A stretch of 63,731 nt of DNA, the filler included, from Pirum gemmata (lineage: Eukaryota): NCBI GenBank assembly GCA_002812295.1. It is 15 parts of 15 records of this genome, joined end to end, with 100 filler letters (N's around TTAATTAATTAA, not from the genome) between each part and the next. Parts side by side here need not be neighbours in the genome. Positions count along the whole stretch, not along the records: positions 12,046 to 15,969 come from PDIN01001717.1; positions 16,070 to 20,775 come from PDIN01001718.1; positions 20,876 to 24,796 come from PDIN01001719.1; 12 more parts are not named here. One strand, given 5' to 3'. This document shows positions 12,761-24,355 of the stretch, piece by piece; position 1 is the first letter of the stretch, and each line of letters opens with the position of its first letter. The position numbers and the translations under genes were made by a program. The notes under the pieces are model-generated. The model was not told the origin of the DNA. It saw only the letters and a program-made list of their open reading frames with translations, and made no database searches.

Positions 12761-12852
<92 letters not shown>

Positions 12853-12913
12853 GAACATTAGACATAAAAAAATTGTAAAAAGCAAAAGTAAGAAATCTTT
12901 AAAATAAGTATAA

Positions 12914-15202
12914 ATGTTTTCTTCTACATTATATTTAACATCATTATTTATATTATTTATTAACATTTTTCTTCAGAATAACAATGAAGAGGAAGAAAAT
13001 TATATCGAGTGTCAAGAGGAAGTCTTTAAAATAGAGGAAGACAGACTACAGAGGAAAAATATATCTGATGATTGCCCTTGTACATATTTGCATTTCAAAG
13101 ACATTACCGCTATTGATTCAGAAGTGTTTCGTAATTGTGATAAGCTTACATCCTTATATTTTAATAGGTGGGGGTGGGATTCTAGTAAAGGTCTTAGTGA
13201 TATTCCCATAAACACATTATTACCCTTAAAACTTAGTTTGGAAACTTTAGTTATACAAGGTACATTCTTGAAAAGTATTCCTGTAGATATTGCTTCTTTA
13301 TCACAATTAACGAAACTTCACTTTCAAAGTTCAGAAATTAGTACTGTAAACGAACTTGATTTTCAAAATTGTTCGCAAATTAACAAACTGGAAATTCAAG
13401 GGAATAATCTCAAATCGCTTGCTAACAATTCATTGTCGCCTATGCAACATAGTTTAGAAACATTAAACTTAGCTAATACTGGAATTAGTAAGATACCTGA
13501 GGCAATAAGTAGTTTAAATAACCTTCGTATCTTAGATTTAAGCAGAAATAAGATAAAAGTCATCCATAAAAATTCCTTTGCTAATCTCACTAATCTCGTA
13601 GCTCTTCTTTTAATCAACAATAATATTCATACTATAGTGGATGGTTCATTTTTGTCATTAACCACACTAGAAAGTTTGGATTTGGCTTCAAACAGCATTT
13701 CTCTTACTGCAAATCCAAATTTATTTCAATCGTTGACAAACTTAGAATATTTGAATTTGGCTTCAAACAGCATTTCTCTTACTGCAAATCCAAATTTATT
13801 TCAATCGTTGACAAACTTACAAGAATTAAGTTTACATAAAAATAATATTAATCACATCCCCAAGACTATCTTCCAAAACAACACTGATTTGAGAATTTTA
13901 GATTTGAGTTTCAACAATATCAGACATATTGATGAAAAGTTATTTAACCACAATCCTTTAATAACGAATTTTAATTTGGAATCTACTAATATTAGTAATT
14001 TCGACATGATAATCCCCTTTCAGAATAGTCTTCATAAATTGAACCTTCGCGATAATAATCTTAAAGAAATCTCTTCTATTATTACCAATTCAAGGTCCAT
14101 TAGGCGTATGAATTTTGATAATAATGAAATTTCTGAGATATCTAACGAAATTCTTGATTTTTTAAAAGAGCGCTTAAGTTTAGATGTTAGTTTAAAGACG
14201 TATGCTCGCTATACTGAACCAGTTTTAACAGAAATTTCGTTTAATGATAATGCAATACAATGTTGTTCAAATACTGGTCAACGTTTAATGAGTTTTGGAT
14301 ATTATTCTATTGCTAACGAAACAAAATACGGTAAGTTAATTGATTTTAGTTGTAGTATAAAGCAAAAACACAAATTTCACATATCTCAAAGAAAAAGGGA
14401 AAAATTCCCTTTGGATTTTATCAACGAGAGTTATTTGTGTGATCGTGTAGCGATAGAAAGAAATAATTGTACACAACAAAAACCTCTAAACACTTTCAAA
14501 TATAATGAAACTAATTACAGTTGTTATGATGCGAGATTAACGTGCAAGAACCCGAATCATCCAGAAATGCAATTCAATAATATCAATGTTGTTACAGGAG
14601 AAGACCAATGTGTTAATATTACTTATGCAACCACTCAGTGTAAAAATACTACACATTATTACAATTCAGAAACATTTCAATGTTTAACTAAAACTAGTAC
14701 TCAAAGTGATAATTCCCAAAACACGACTATTATTGTTGCTAGTGTTGTTCCAACTGTAATTATTATTTTGCTTGTATGGTTAGGAGTGTGGTTTTGGTAT
14801 CAAAGAAAAAAAAAGGAAAAAGACTTATTAAATGGTATGACACCAGAAGAATTCGTTCAAAATAGATTTGGAAACCAATCCATTGAAATACAAAGTGATT
14901 TGGATTATGCGAGTAATCATGCGAACCAACCTGTTGTCGGTGATTATTGTCTACCAGAGGAAGAAAATACCGGTACCCTTAATGAAACAGGGGAGAATAA
15001 TGAGAGGTTTGAAAATTATTTACAAAGTAAAGAAATTACGAACCGACCGTTTGTTAGTGATTATTATCAACCAGTTTTAAAAGAAGAAACCAACCTTAAC
15101 AAAACAGATGATTATTGTCAATTGCAACTAATCTCAAATGAAAACAAAATCCTTAGCCAAACAAATGGTTATTATCAACCCATTTCCAATGAAAATTTGT
15201 GA
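12914..15202 (+). CDS. Leucine-rich-repeat single-pass receptor-like protein, 762 aa (start may lie in an upstream exon; acceptor-like ttttcttcag ends at 12976)
   Basis: Over a dozen LxxLxLxxNxI repeats, cap NAIQCC, Cys-rich juxtamembrane domain, TM IIVASVVPTVIIILLVWLGVWFWY, basic stop-transfer, Tyr-motif tail. Confidence 0.88.
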   Translation: MFSSTLYLTSLFILFINIFLQNNNEEEENYIECQEEVFKIEEDRLQRKNISDDCPCTYLHFKDITAIDSEVFRNCDKLTSLYFNRWGWDSSKGLSDIPINTLLPLKLSLETLVIQGTFLKSIPVDIASLSQLTKLHFQSSEISTVNELDFQNCSQINKLEIQGNNLKSLANNSLSPMQHSLETLNLANTGISKIPEAISSLNNLRILDLSRNKIKVIHKNSFANLTNLVALLLINNNIHTIVDGSFLSLTTLESLDLASNSISLTANPNLFQSLTNLEYLNLASNSISLTANPNLFQSLTNLQELSLHKNNINHIPKTIFQNNTDLRILDLSFNNIRHIDEKLFNHNPLITNFNLESTNISNFDMIIPFQNSLHKLNLRDNNLKEISSIITNSRSIRRMNFDNNEISEISNEILDFLKERLSLDVSLKTYARYTEPVLTEISFNDNAIQCCSNTGQRLMSFGYYSIANETKYGKLIDFSCSIKQKHKFHISQRKREKFPLDFINESYLCDRVAIERNNCTQQKPLNTFKYNETNYSCYDARLTCKNPNHPEMQFNNINVVTGEDQCVNITYATTQCKNTTHYYNSETFQCLTKTSTQSDNSQNTTIIVASVVPTVIIILLVWLGVWFWYQRKKKEKDLLNGMTPEEFVQNRFGNQSIEIQSDLDYASNHANQPVVGDYCLPEEENTGTLNETGENNERFENYLQSKEITNRPFVSDYYQPVLKEETNLNKTDDYCQLQLISNENKILSQTNGYYQPISNENL

Positions 15203-16346
15203 TAGAACATGTGAAACAAGAAATGGTATAATATGAATACCAGTAATACTAATTGGTTTCTAGTGCTTGTTAAAATATTGAGTTTGTGAAATAATATAAT
15301 ATTATTTATATCATAAAATTAGATATTTAATTTTATGATTATAAGGTTATAAGGTTATATGTAATTATTATTTAATATTATATTATTATATTATCCAAGG
15401 TCCGAAAGACCCAAATAAAGTGTCGATATAATATCGGACCTGGGGCCTATACGAATACCCCTTGAAAAGGAAGTAATTAATTATTTATATATTATATTAT
15501 AATAAAAAAAGAAAATTTCGTCAATGACAGAGCTTAAAAAATTAATTTTTTTTTTTTGCTATGTCATACATAGTACATTTCTCTGTAAAAAACATCTGTC
15601 ACCAGGGAATTACAGGGAATCCCGATTTCTTTCTTCCCTGTGTCATCCTGCTCCTTCCCGGTACATTCTTTATTTATTTATTTTTATATATATAATATGA
15701 TAAATAAATTAGTACTTACAATACACTTCAAGAGTCTTCAATACCAATTATTATTACACAGTTATTACACTTTATTATACTGATATAAAGTCTGATAATA
15801 AATTAAAATAATATAATAATAATAATAATAATAATAATACAGTTAGAAGATTTGTAGTGATTGCTAATAATTACCATGTCTCTTAAACCTTCGACGATAG
15901 GATTGAAGGACGATCACATTGTTATGGGTTCCCGCAAGAGAATTATTATTATTATTATTATTATTATTANNNNNNNNNNNNNNNNNNNNNNNNNNNNNNN
16001 NNNNNNNNNNNNNTTAATTAATTAANNNNNNNNNNNNNNNNNNNNNNNNNNNNNNNNNNNNNNNNNNNNTTATCATGGAACCTGGACAAATAAACAAATA
16101 AAATAAATAACTAACTAACTAACTAACTAACAACCAACAATCAACAATCCAACAACCTAACAACCCAACAACCCAACAACCCAACAACCCAACAACCCAA
16201 CAACCCAACAACCCAACAACCAACAACCAACAACCAACAATCAACAATCCAACAACCTAACAACCCAACAACCCAACAACCCAACAACCCAACAACCAAC
16301 AACCAACAACCAACAACCAAAAACAATAACAACTACATATATTACA

Positions 16347-16556
16347 TTACTGATACATTTGATATGTTTTGGCATCTAGTATTATTTGACGAACTGATGC
16401 TATCACTCCTAATGTTCCTAGTAGGGACAAAATTACGATCAAAAATGTCATAAAAATTTTCTCTGCAATCATAATATTAACCCAGCCCACTTTAATACAA
16501 TAAAAAACTATGGGTAGAATAAAACACAACGGGACCACCGAAATTGCACCAGACAG
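16347..16556 (-). CDS. Terminal exon of an amino acid/auxin permease (AAAP, ProT/GAT-like) transporter
   Basis: tttatag acceptor then LSGAISVVPLCFILPIVFY...GVIASVRQIILDAKTYQMYQ*, resembling AAAP-family C-termini. Confidence 0.7.
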   Translation of the reverse strand: MSGAISVVPLCFILPIVFYCIKVGWVNIMIAEKIFMTFLIVILSLLGTLGVIASVRQIILDAKTYQMYQ

Positions 16557-16570
16557 CTATAAATAAAGAT

Positions 16571-16605
<35 letters not shown>

Positions 16606-16979
16606 GTGGTTGTGGTTGTGGTTGTGGTTGTGGTTGTGATTATTGTTATTATTATTATTATTTGGGACAAAAACCTACCCTACTACCCCCAGTAACAGCT
16701 GCCACGTTTGAGAAGGACTACAACAAATTGGAAAAAATAGTACCCTAAATTACCTAATTTGCGTTATGTCATATTACGAAAACCTACCCCCCTACTGCGT
16801 CACGGCCTGTCACAAAAATCCGACCCCCCCTACCTACCCNNNTAATAATAATAATAATAATACAAAAAAAAAAAATAATAATAAGAAAAGCAGTATATAA
16901 ATGTATGCAGAATTATTACAGGTATTAAAAAAAATTATTAATTTTTAAAAATAAAATTTATTTATTTTAGACGGAAAAT

Positions 16980-19682
16980 ATGAAAAGTTTTCATGTATTG
17001 AGTATTGTATGCCTCTTAGTATTCCTTATTTCTACTAATGCTAGCGCTATTTCAAATTATAAAATTCAAAGTTCTGTAGATTCTGAGAGTTTTAGACAAA
17101 GAAGAGGATGGGCGTTTCTTGAGAAGGTACGTGATTCTCTACTTGAAGTGAAAGATAAAGTCGTTGATAGTGTTAAGAAAACTATCATAGATTGGACTGA
17201 AGATGATAATGATAATGATAAGGATAAGGATAAGGATAAGGATAAGGGTAATGACACTGATTTAGTTAATGTTACTGATGATATTCACAATGAGGATGAT
17301 GCGTTAACGTTAACGTTGTTGGAGTATTTTCTAAATAACAAAACAAAAGCAGAACAAAATGAAATTGTGGAAGCCATGCGTACGATACTAAATTACAGTA
17401 AAGTACAATCGAGGAAAAAGATACAATCATTGCAAATGATTTTAAATAACAAAAATATTTCTACAGTCAATATTGATTTTATTGATAAGCAAACTGATGT
17501 AAGTCAGTTAAACTATGAATCAATAAGAGAATTAGAAAACGTTGTTAACACTTCCAACCATACGAATGTAGTTATTGAATTTAAACAATTACAGGACTCA
17601 CACCACAGCAATATAACAGTGAAAAATATAGACTCCAATCAATTGTTATTTCAAGGTACTCTCAGTAGGTTTTATGAAACAAACTTAAATAATAACACTT
17701 CTTTAGCTATAGCCGTGTCAGCAAAAATTTTAAAATCATTTCTATCAAATGACCTTACCAAGTTGCCATTTACGTCAACAGTAGTTACAACTAGAGCAAG
17801 AAGAAATCTTATGGGATTAGCTTTAGACTTTGTGGGCACTAATGTTGCTAAACAAGCTGATGATGGTCTAGCTGCCTTCGCACCAAAAGTGGCTAAGCAC
17901 GTTGATAGCGGTGTTCCAGCGACTGCCAAAAAAATTGTGGTTGAATTAAATGAACAAGAATTGAAGAATCATCGAAAGTTGCCTGTTGGTTACAAATATG
18001 TTAAAGAAATATCATTAACACCCGATGTTAATGGTCAAATGAGAAGATCAGGGGAGAATATTAAAATTGTTCCGACAACCCAACAAGTACAAGTACAAAC
18101 TCCACGATCTCCACCTATTAAAGAAACAACAAATGCACAACAAGCACATGTACGAACCAACGCATATTTACAAAAGCAATCCCTGCATCACATTGTGCCC
18201 CAACCTCTAGTAAGAAAACCAATGCATATGGTCGTTTCAGTTCATGATCAAAAAATTGTTTCAAAAAACGCCCTTAATTTAGTGAAAACTTCTGTTCCTG
18301 CATCTGATGGATTAGGGAAGGGAATGTACCTTGCGGAACAAACAACAGTTGTAAAATTAAACAAGCTGGATGACCAACTTCAAGCTTTTACAAAAGCTTT
18401 AGATGGGGATAAAACACATGGAACAGATACAACGACTCAGATTCTTAACGCTATCAATAACTTAGTTTTTTCGGACGCACCAGCTCAAATTCGACATGCA
18501 CAAGAATTTATTCAAAAGCAATGGGATGCTATTCCAAGTGATATAATAGAAAACATGAAAAAAACAGCGGATGATTTTTTCATGCCAACAACAACTACCG
18601 TGAACTTGTTTGATGAGACTGAATTGTATAAGATTAAGATGGAAAGCATGGATGCATTTGCTGATATTAGCAAAAGAGCAGAAGCAGTAAAGGCAGCAAA
18701 AGTGGAACATGCTAACTACATACACCCTTTTGAGGGTATACATGATATTGATAACTTTGTTAAACACGCACGTAGAACGTGGGGTGAATTCGGTAAAGAG
18801 CATTATGAAAAGATCAATGTTATTTTTGAAGAACAAAGAAAATGGTGGATCTCTGGCAGAAACGAAGAACAAAAACAAGCAGCGAAGTGGTTAGATCAGC
18901 ATTACTCAGAAATGACATCTCGGGAAAACGCAATTAGAAAACAGGGACTTAAAGGACGAAAAAACCTTAGAAGACAGCAAGAATTCGCCGATATTAAATT
19001 GGCAGCTTGGAGAAACTTTCGCTTTACTTTGGATTATGATATCATACCGTGGAAATTAAAGGAAACTATTTCCACCAGAATAATTAACAGCAAGAAAGAT
19101 TATATTATCAGTGCTCATAAGAATGCAAAACTCTCGGCTCTAAAAGAACAAATAAACACAATGAAAGAAATTGATGCGCATTTATTAAAATCAGGCTTGC
19201 AAGGAAAAACAACAGACCAAGTTCTTTCTGAATGGCGCATTAAAAAATGGAGTATTAGTGATTCTCACCAAGAAGAGTTAGTACAAAACGAGGCACTTGT
19301 TTACAAGCAGTTTTATGATGAAGTTGAAGATGTCATTAACAAAAAACAGCTTAGTATGGATATCAACGTTAACCCCAGTGACAGTGACGAGTACTTGACC
19401 CAATACGAAAGGCTTTTCAAAGAGATAGACATGAAAGTGCAGACTGGTCGGGATCAAGTAAAGATGTTAGATAAGGAAATTATAAAATATGAAGCTCAGT
19501 TGAATCAGTTAGAAGATATGTTTTCCATGAAACTAGGAAAACCAGGAGAAGGGGTTAGACTTCGCAAGCTTGAGGAAAGGTATAACAAAGTAATAGACCG
19601 ACATAGACCGTACACATACACAAATCCTTTCAGATATGTATATGTTGAACCACCGAGAACTGCTGAAAATGTGGTATATTGA
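16980..19682 (+). CDS. Secreted 900-aa protein of unknown function
   Basis: Long intronless ORF, signal peptide MKSFHVLSIVCLLVFLISTNASA, furin-like RQRR and RARR sites, helical/coiled-coil-like C-terminal half. Confidence 0.8.
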   Translation: MKSFHVLSIVCLLVFLISTNASAISNYKIQSSVDSESFRQRRGWAFLEKVRDSLLEVKDKVVDSVKKTIIDWTEDDNDNDKDKDKDKDKGNDTDLVNVTDDIHNEDDALTLTLLEYFLNNKTKAEQNEIVEAMRTILNYSKVQSRKKIQSLQMILNNKNISTVNIDFIDKQTDVSQLNYESIRELENVVNTSNHTNVVIEFKQLQDSHHSNITVKNIDSNQLLFQGTLSRFYETNLNNNTSLAIAVSAKILKSFLSNDLTKLPFTSTVVTTRARRNLMGLALDFVGTNVAKQADDGLAAFAPKVAKHVDSGVPATAKKIVVELNEQELKNHRKLPVGYKYVKEISLTPDVNGQMRRSGENIKIVPTTQQVQVQTPRSPPIKETTNAQQAHVRTNAYLQKQSLHHIVPQPLVRKPMHMVVSVHDQKIVSKNALNLVKTSVPASDGLGKGMYLAEQTTVVKLNKLDDQLQAFTKALDGDKTHGTDTTTQILNAINNLVFSDAPAQIRHAQEFIQKQWDAIPSDIIENMKKTADDFFMPTTTTVNLFDETELYKIKMESMDAFADISKRAEAVKAAKVEHANYIHPFEGIHDIDNFVKHARRTWGEFGKEHYEKINVIFEEQRKWWISGRNEEQKQAAKWLDQHYSEMTSRENAIRKQGLKGRKNLRRQQEFADIKLAAWRNFRFTLDYDIIPWKLKETISTRIINSKKDYIISAHKNAKLSALKEQINTMKEIDAHLLKSGLQGKTTDQVLSEWRIKKWSISDSHQEELVQNEALVYKQFYDEVEDVINKKQLSMDINVNPSDSDEYLTQYERLFKEIDMKVQTGRDQVKMLDKEIIKYEAQLNQLEDMFSMKLGKPGEGVRLRKLEERYNKVIDRHRPYTYTNPFRYVYVEPPRTAENVVY

Positions 19683-19936
19683 AGAGTAAAGGTTAATTTT
19701 TTACAAATTAGGAGGAAGGTTAAGGTTAGAGTTAAGGACTGTTAATTAAGGTTAGGGTTGGTGTGCGACATTACATGTATTAAGTTATTATCTTTTTTTT
19801 CTCTATTTTACTCACAACTTTTTGTGATATAGAACACCAAGAGTTGATTATAAAACATATTTTAGGTTTATAATGATGATGATTATTATTTTATTATTAT
19901 TATTATTATTATTATTGTTATAATTATTATTATTAA

Positions 19937-19977
<41 letters not shown>

Positions 19978-20499
19978 TAACAACACTAATAATAATAATA
20001 ATAAAAATAATAAATAATAATAAATAATAACAATAATAATAATAATAATAATAAAGAGAAATAATAATTATTGTTATTGTTATTAATGTTATACATATTG
20101 TTATTGTTATTGTTTATTAGATAGAAAAACTTTGTATAAATATTAGTATTTAATATATCATTATATTAATATTGTTATTGTAGATCAAGCTTTTACTTAA
20201 AAGCCTCAAATTAACCTAGTAACCAACAAACAACTTTTCCACCACTTGTATATTAATACATGTGTTGTCTTTTAAGATGCTGGCATCATCAACTTACAAT
20301 TCAATAACAAACGTATTATGGAAATCCTTAATAACAACAACTTCTGAAGGACACCTGGTAGTAAAATCATAGCCAGAAAAGCATTTGTTTTCACACTCGT
20401 AAGATTGTGACCCGTAACTAAATGTTCCATCGTTTGCATACTAATGTAGACTGGCTTAAATTAAAAATGGGATGAATAGCATTATTAAAATAACAACTA

Positions 20500-20750
20500 C
20501 CAGTAAAAAATCTGAAGATGAACATGAAATTGAATCTAGAAGGGTATTTTTTCCAACTAAGACATCTAGATTGGTATTTAAAACTCTTTAACCGACATCT
20601 GGAAACACTTTTTTTTTTTTGAGCAAAATAAAGGATCAAAAAAAATATCGATTCAAATGATGGTTTTAAAGTCTAAAGATGCCAATCTAGATGTCTTAGT
20701 TGACAAAAATACCCTTCTAGATTCAATTCCATCTTCAGATTTTTTACTGG
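20500..20750. mobile_element. MITE family C, long TIRs, TA flanks (Tc1/mariner-like)
   Basis: CCAGTAAAAAATCTGAAGATG...CATCTTCAGATTTTTTACTGG, ~75-bp imperfect inverted ends, TA on both sides. Confidence 0.85.
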
Positions 20751-20974
20751 TACTAATTACTTCTCTTCTTTTATTNNNNNNNNNNNNNNNNNNNNNNNNN
20801 NNNNNNNNNNNNNNNNNNNTTAATTAATTAANNNNNNNNNNNNNNNNNNNNNNNNNNNNNNNNNNNNNNNNNNNNCGATCTTTAATAATAATAATAATAA
20901 TAATATTAATAATAATAATAATAATGAGGTGTACATTTTTATTTTTTATTTTTTATTTTGAAATATTATTACAG

Positions 20975-21501
20975 ACCCTCTTTTTGCTTTTCATCACGCT
21001 AACCTAGACCGAAGCAACAAGCGTTTTCAAGCAACAGCTATGGTATATATATTATAGTACTAATAATAATAATAACTAAAACTCAATTAAGTAATAATGA
21101 TATATATAATACTAATAATAATAATAACTAAAACCCAATTAAGTAATGATGATAAAACTTTTATATTAATTAAATTTGATATGTTTATATTTATATAATA
21201 TGATATACTTATATATTACAAAATATAGGAGCATAACAAAACTTACGCGGACAACAATGTATTATGGAAATTTCCCAAAAAAAGGCCCCGTAGATTATTA
21301 AATGATAATGGTTATAAAATAAACAGAGGTTGTTATGAATTAAACCAAACCGTAACAAAACAATTCCCTTTTTATCCAAAAGATTTATTCGGAAAAGAGT
21401 TTGCCAAGCTTTTCCTGGGAACAGGTATTAATGGGGCCTATACGCATTATGATATTTTACGTTACACCAAACCTGGAATGTTGTACTCTTATAGTGATTA
21501 A
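20975..21501 (+). CDS. Tyrosinase/type-3 copper protein, last two exons (20975-21042, 21229-21501); 5' part lies beyond the contig
   Basis: CuB signature DPLFAFHHANLDR in the first exon; GT-AG intron 21043-21228; second exon open to ...TKPGMLYSYSD*, containing the YxY motif. Confidence 0.8.
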
Positions 21502-21575
21502 AATAGTTTTTCCAAAGCATTTTTCAAATAAAACCATTTTATTGAAATTGAAATTTATTTTTGTTATTTAATTAT

Positions 21576-22050
21576 AGTGATTAAAAAATAGCTTCTCCAA
21601 AGCATCCCGTAGGAGTCCGTAGATTATTTGATTGTAATTGTTGTAAAATAAACAGATTTAGAGGTTGTTATAATTAAACCAAACCGTAACAAACAATTCC
21701 CTTTTCATCCAAAAGAGATTTATCTGTAAAAGCTTTTGCCATGCTTTTCCCGGAAACAGATATTAAAATGAGGCCTATACACATTATGATATTTTACGTT
21801 ACACCAAACCGAATGTTGTACTCTTATAGTGATTAAAAATAGCTTATTTATTTATTTAATAATAATAATAGTTTTTCAAATAAAAGCATTTTAAAAAATT
21901 GAATGTTATCTTTGTTATTTAATCATATATGTAGTGATTAAAAAATAGCTTTTCCAAAGCACTTGTAGGTTATTTAATGATAATGGTTACAAAATAAACA
22001 GAGGTTGTTATGGATTAAACCAAACCGTAACAAAATAATTCCCTTTTTAT
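21576..22050 (+). pseudogene. Two degenerate tandem copies of the tyrosinase last-exon 3' end and UTR
   Basis: Repeats aaataaacagaggttgttat..ttaaaccaaaccgtaacaaa and tatgatattttacgttacaccaaacc..tactcttatagtgattaa with indels. Confidence 0.8.
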
Positions 22051-22924
22051 CTACATTTATTTCTAAAGTTTTACATTTATTTCTAAAGTTTTACTGTAAT
22101 ATTTGTGTTTTTTGCTACAACTTTCGGGGAAAATTTAATGTATTAATTAATATAATTTAAAACAAAATAATTTATTATATTAGTTGATAATGTTGAGTAT
22201 CTTGGGGAAAGGAGGTTACCATATAGCTCTCATAGTATCCATAGTACTATAAGGTATACTTTGTGATTACCGCGTGGTAATATGATTGATCGATTGGATA
22301 TACATTTATTCTCGAAACTATTACTTTATGTCGAGCTTATAATAATTTGTATTTGTAAATGATTATTTAGAATGTTCCAGAACATTGTGGATTATGTAAT
22401 AGTTGGTTTTCAGAAAGGTATATAAGAAGAGTGTAAAGCTTATATATGTGTGTATTAATATGAGAAAAAGAGCATAAATTTATAAAAAGTCTATTAGCTA
22501 AAATGTTGTAAATAAAAAGTATAAATTCATAAAACACAAAAATACATAATATTTTTCTTTTTTCGATATAATATCATTATTAATTTTAATATAAAAAATG
22601 TATTATAATACTCCACATCCAGATGCTAAAATGCATCATTTTCACGGGTAGTCAGAAAAGTACGTGTTTTAAAAGTAAAATGGTGGGACACCATGCCCTC
22701 TATGCCCTCATCATATACTTCCATAACAAGACATAATTCCCAAAAAAAGTCCGAAAAAGTAATATTACTATATATAGTTATACGGGTATTCACTCAGTTA
22801 TTTTGTCGTCATAAAACATACAATAAATAAGTAATAAATAGTACCAAATTAATACAATATAAATCCATTTTATTTAATTTGGTATAATTTATTATATACT
22901 TATTTATTTAAAAAGTATCAATTT

Positions 22925-23154
22925 GGAGGGATGACATGACGTCATAATACTAATACCAACCTAGGGTACGGCAAAAATTGAAAATCTGACTTAAATTACT
23001 ATAAAAAGTTATCTTATAACTATTTTAGTAATACTTAATATAGTAAACTGCTATTTTAAGGATATAAATATCTATTTTAAGTAATAATTTTTGCCATCTC
23101 AATTCCTTTTGTAACCTATCTCCAAATTTCTGCCAAAGGGGATGTCATCCCTCC
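22925..23154. mobile_element. MITE family E, abutting a truncated family F copy (~22790-22924)
   Basis: TIR GGAGGGATGACAT...ATGTCATCCCTCC; near-identical copy at 33294-33545, partial reversed copy at ~35749-35796. Confidence 0.8.
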
Positions 23155-23345
23155 TTAGAAAAGACTCAGAATTCTATCTGAGAGTCTTGATAGGTGAATT
23201 ATATTGTAGAAAAAATTTCTTAGCTAATGAAATAAAGCTAACAGGAAATATATTTATATATAATTGGTCATAAACATTTCTGATAAAACTTTACACCAAC
23301 CAGCGGCCCTATGCTATAGGCTAGCTAGTAGTACTAGCTAGGCTA

Positions 23346-23574
23346 GGCTTCTCCCAATCCTGCTCTTTTTTAAAAATCGAGTTTTCAAGCCTATTTATTA
23401 ATTAAATAAGTTCGAAATTTTGAGCTTACAATTAAGTGTTCAAATATATTTATTTATTTATAAACCTGAAAAAAAATGGAAAAAAATAATTTTCGAGCAG
23501 GGCTGAATTTCGGCTTTTTTTTTCGACAACAGAAATTCGAGTTTTCGGGCTCTCAAGTAGAATTGGGAGAGGTT
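23346..23574. mobile_element. MITE family A, complete copy
   Basis: TIR GGCTTCTCCCAATCCTGCT / AGTAGAATTGGGAGAGGTT, TA on both sides. Confidence 0.8.
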
Positions 23575-23789
23575 TACCTTACTATAATGATACCTAACTA
23601 AGACTACCACTATCGGTCTAGCTAGTGTTATTGGTCTAGCAAAGTTTTATATGATCCAAATAAGTCTAGCTAGTGTAGCTAGAGTGACTAGCTACTAGCT
23701 AGACCCCCACCCCCCCCAATAAATTTTAAAAAAAATTTGGTATTTTTTAAAAAAAAAATTTTATATAATATTTTATACACAATATGATA

Positions 23790-23985
23790 CCAGTAAAAAA
23801 TCTTAAGATGGAAAAATCTGATGAGGGAATTGAATCTAGAAGGGTATTTTTGTCAACTAAGACATCTAGATTGGTATTTTTAGACTTTAAAACCATCGTT
23901 TGAATCGATATTTTTTTTTGATCAAAAATACCCTTCTAGATTCAATTCCATGTTCAGATTTTTCCATCTTCAGATTTTTTACTGG
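23790..23985. mobile_element. MITE family C, second copy (internally deleted)
   Basis: TA-CCAGTAAAAAATC...GATTTTTTACTGG-TA; homologous to 20500-20750. Confidence 0.85.
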
Positions 23986-24314
23986 TATTGTACTTTATAA
24001 ACAAGTTCAATTAAATAGACGATAGAGCTAGATGTAGATGTATGGAGTTTCATAGCTTTATCATGCCAGGGGGTAGAGGGTTGAAAGGTAGAGGTTTAGG
24101 GTTAGGTTTAGGGTTAGGGTTAGGGACTGTTAGGGTTTAGCTGTAGGCTAGTAGCTGTAAGGGTTAGGGCCCTTATAGTTAGGCCTGGAGTTCTACTAGT
24201 GGAGTTCTAATCAAAGTTCATTTTTCATATCATATGCATAATTATATAAGTAATGCTATATAGTGCTAATTATTACTTTTTTTAAAAAATATTGTATAAT
24301 TTTATTATTATTAT

Positions 24315-24355
<41 letters not shown>

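Noticed and set aside
22191..22540. Possible solo LTR (TGTTG start, TATA-like and AATAAA motifs)
   Set aside because: No definable right terminus or TSD and no second copy in the window
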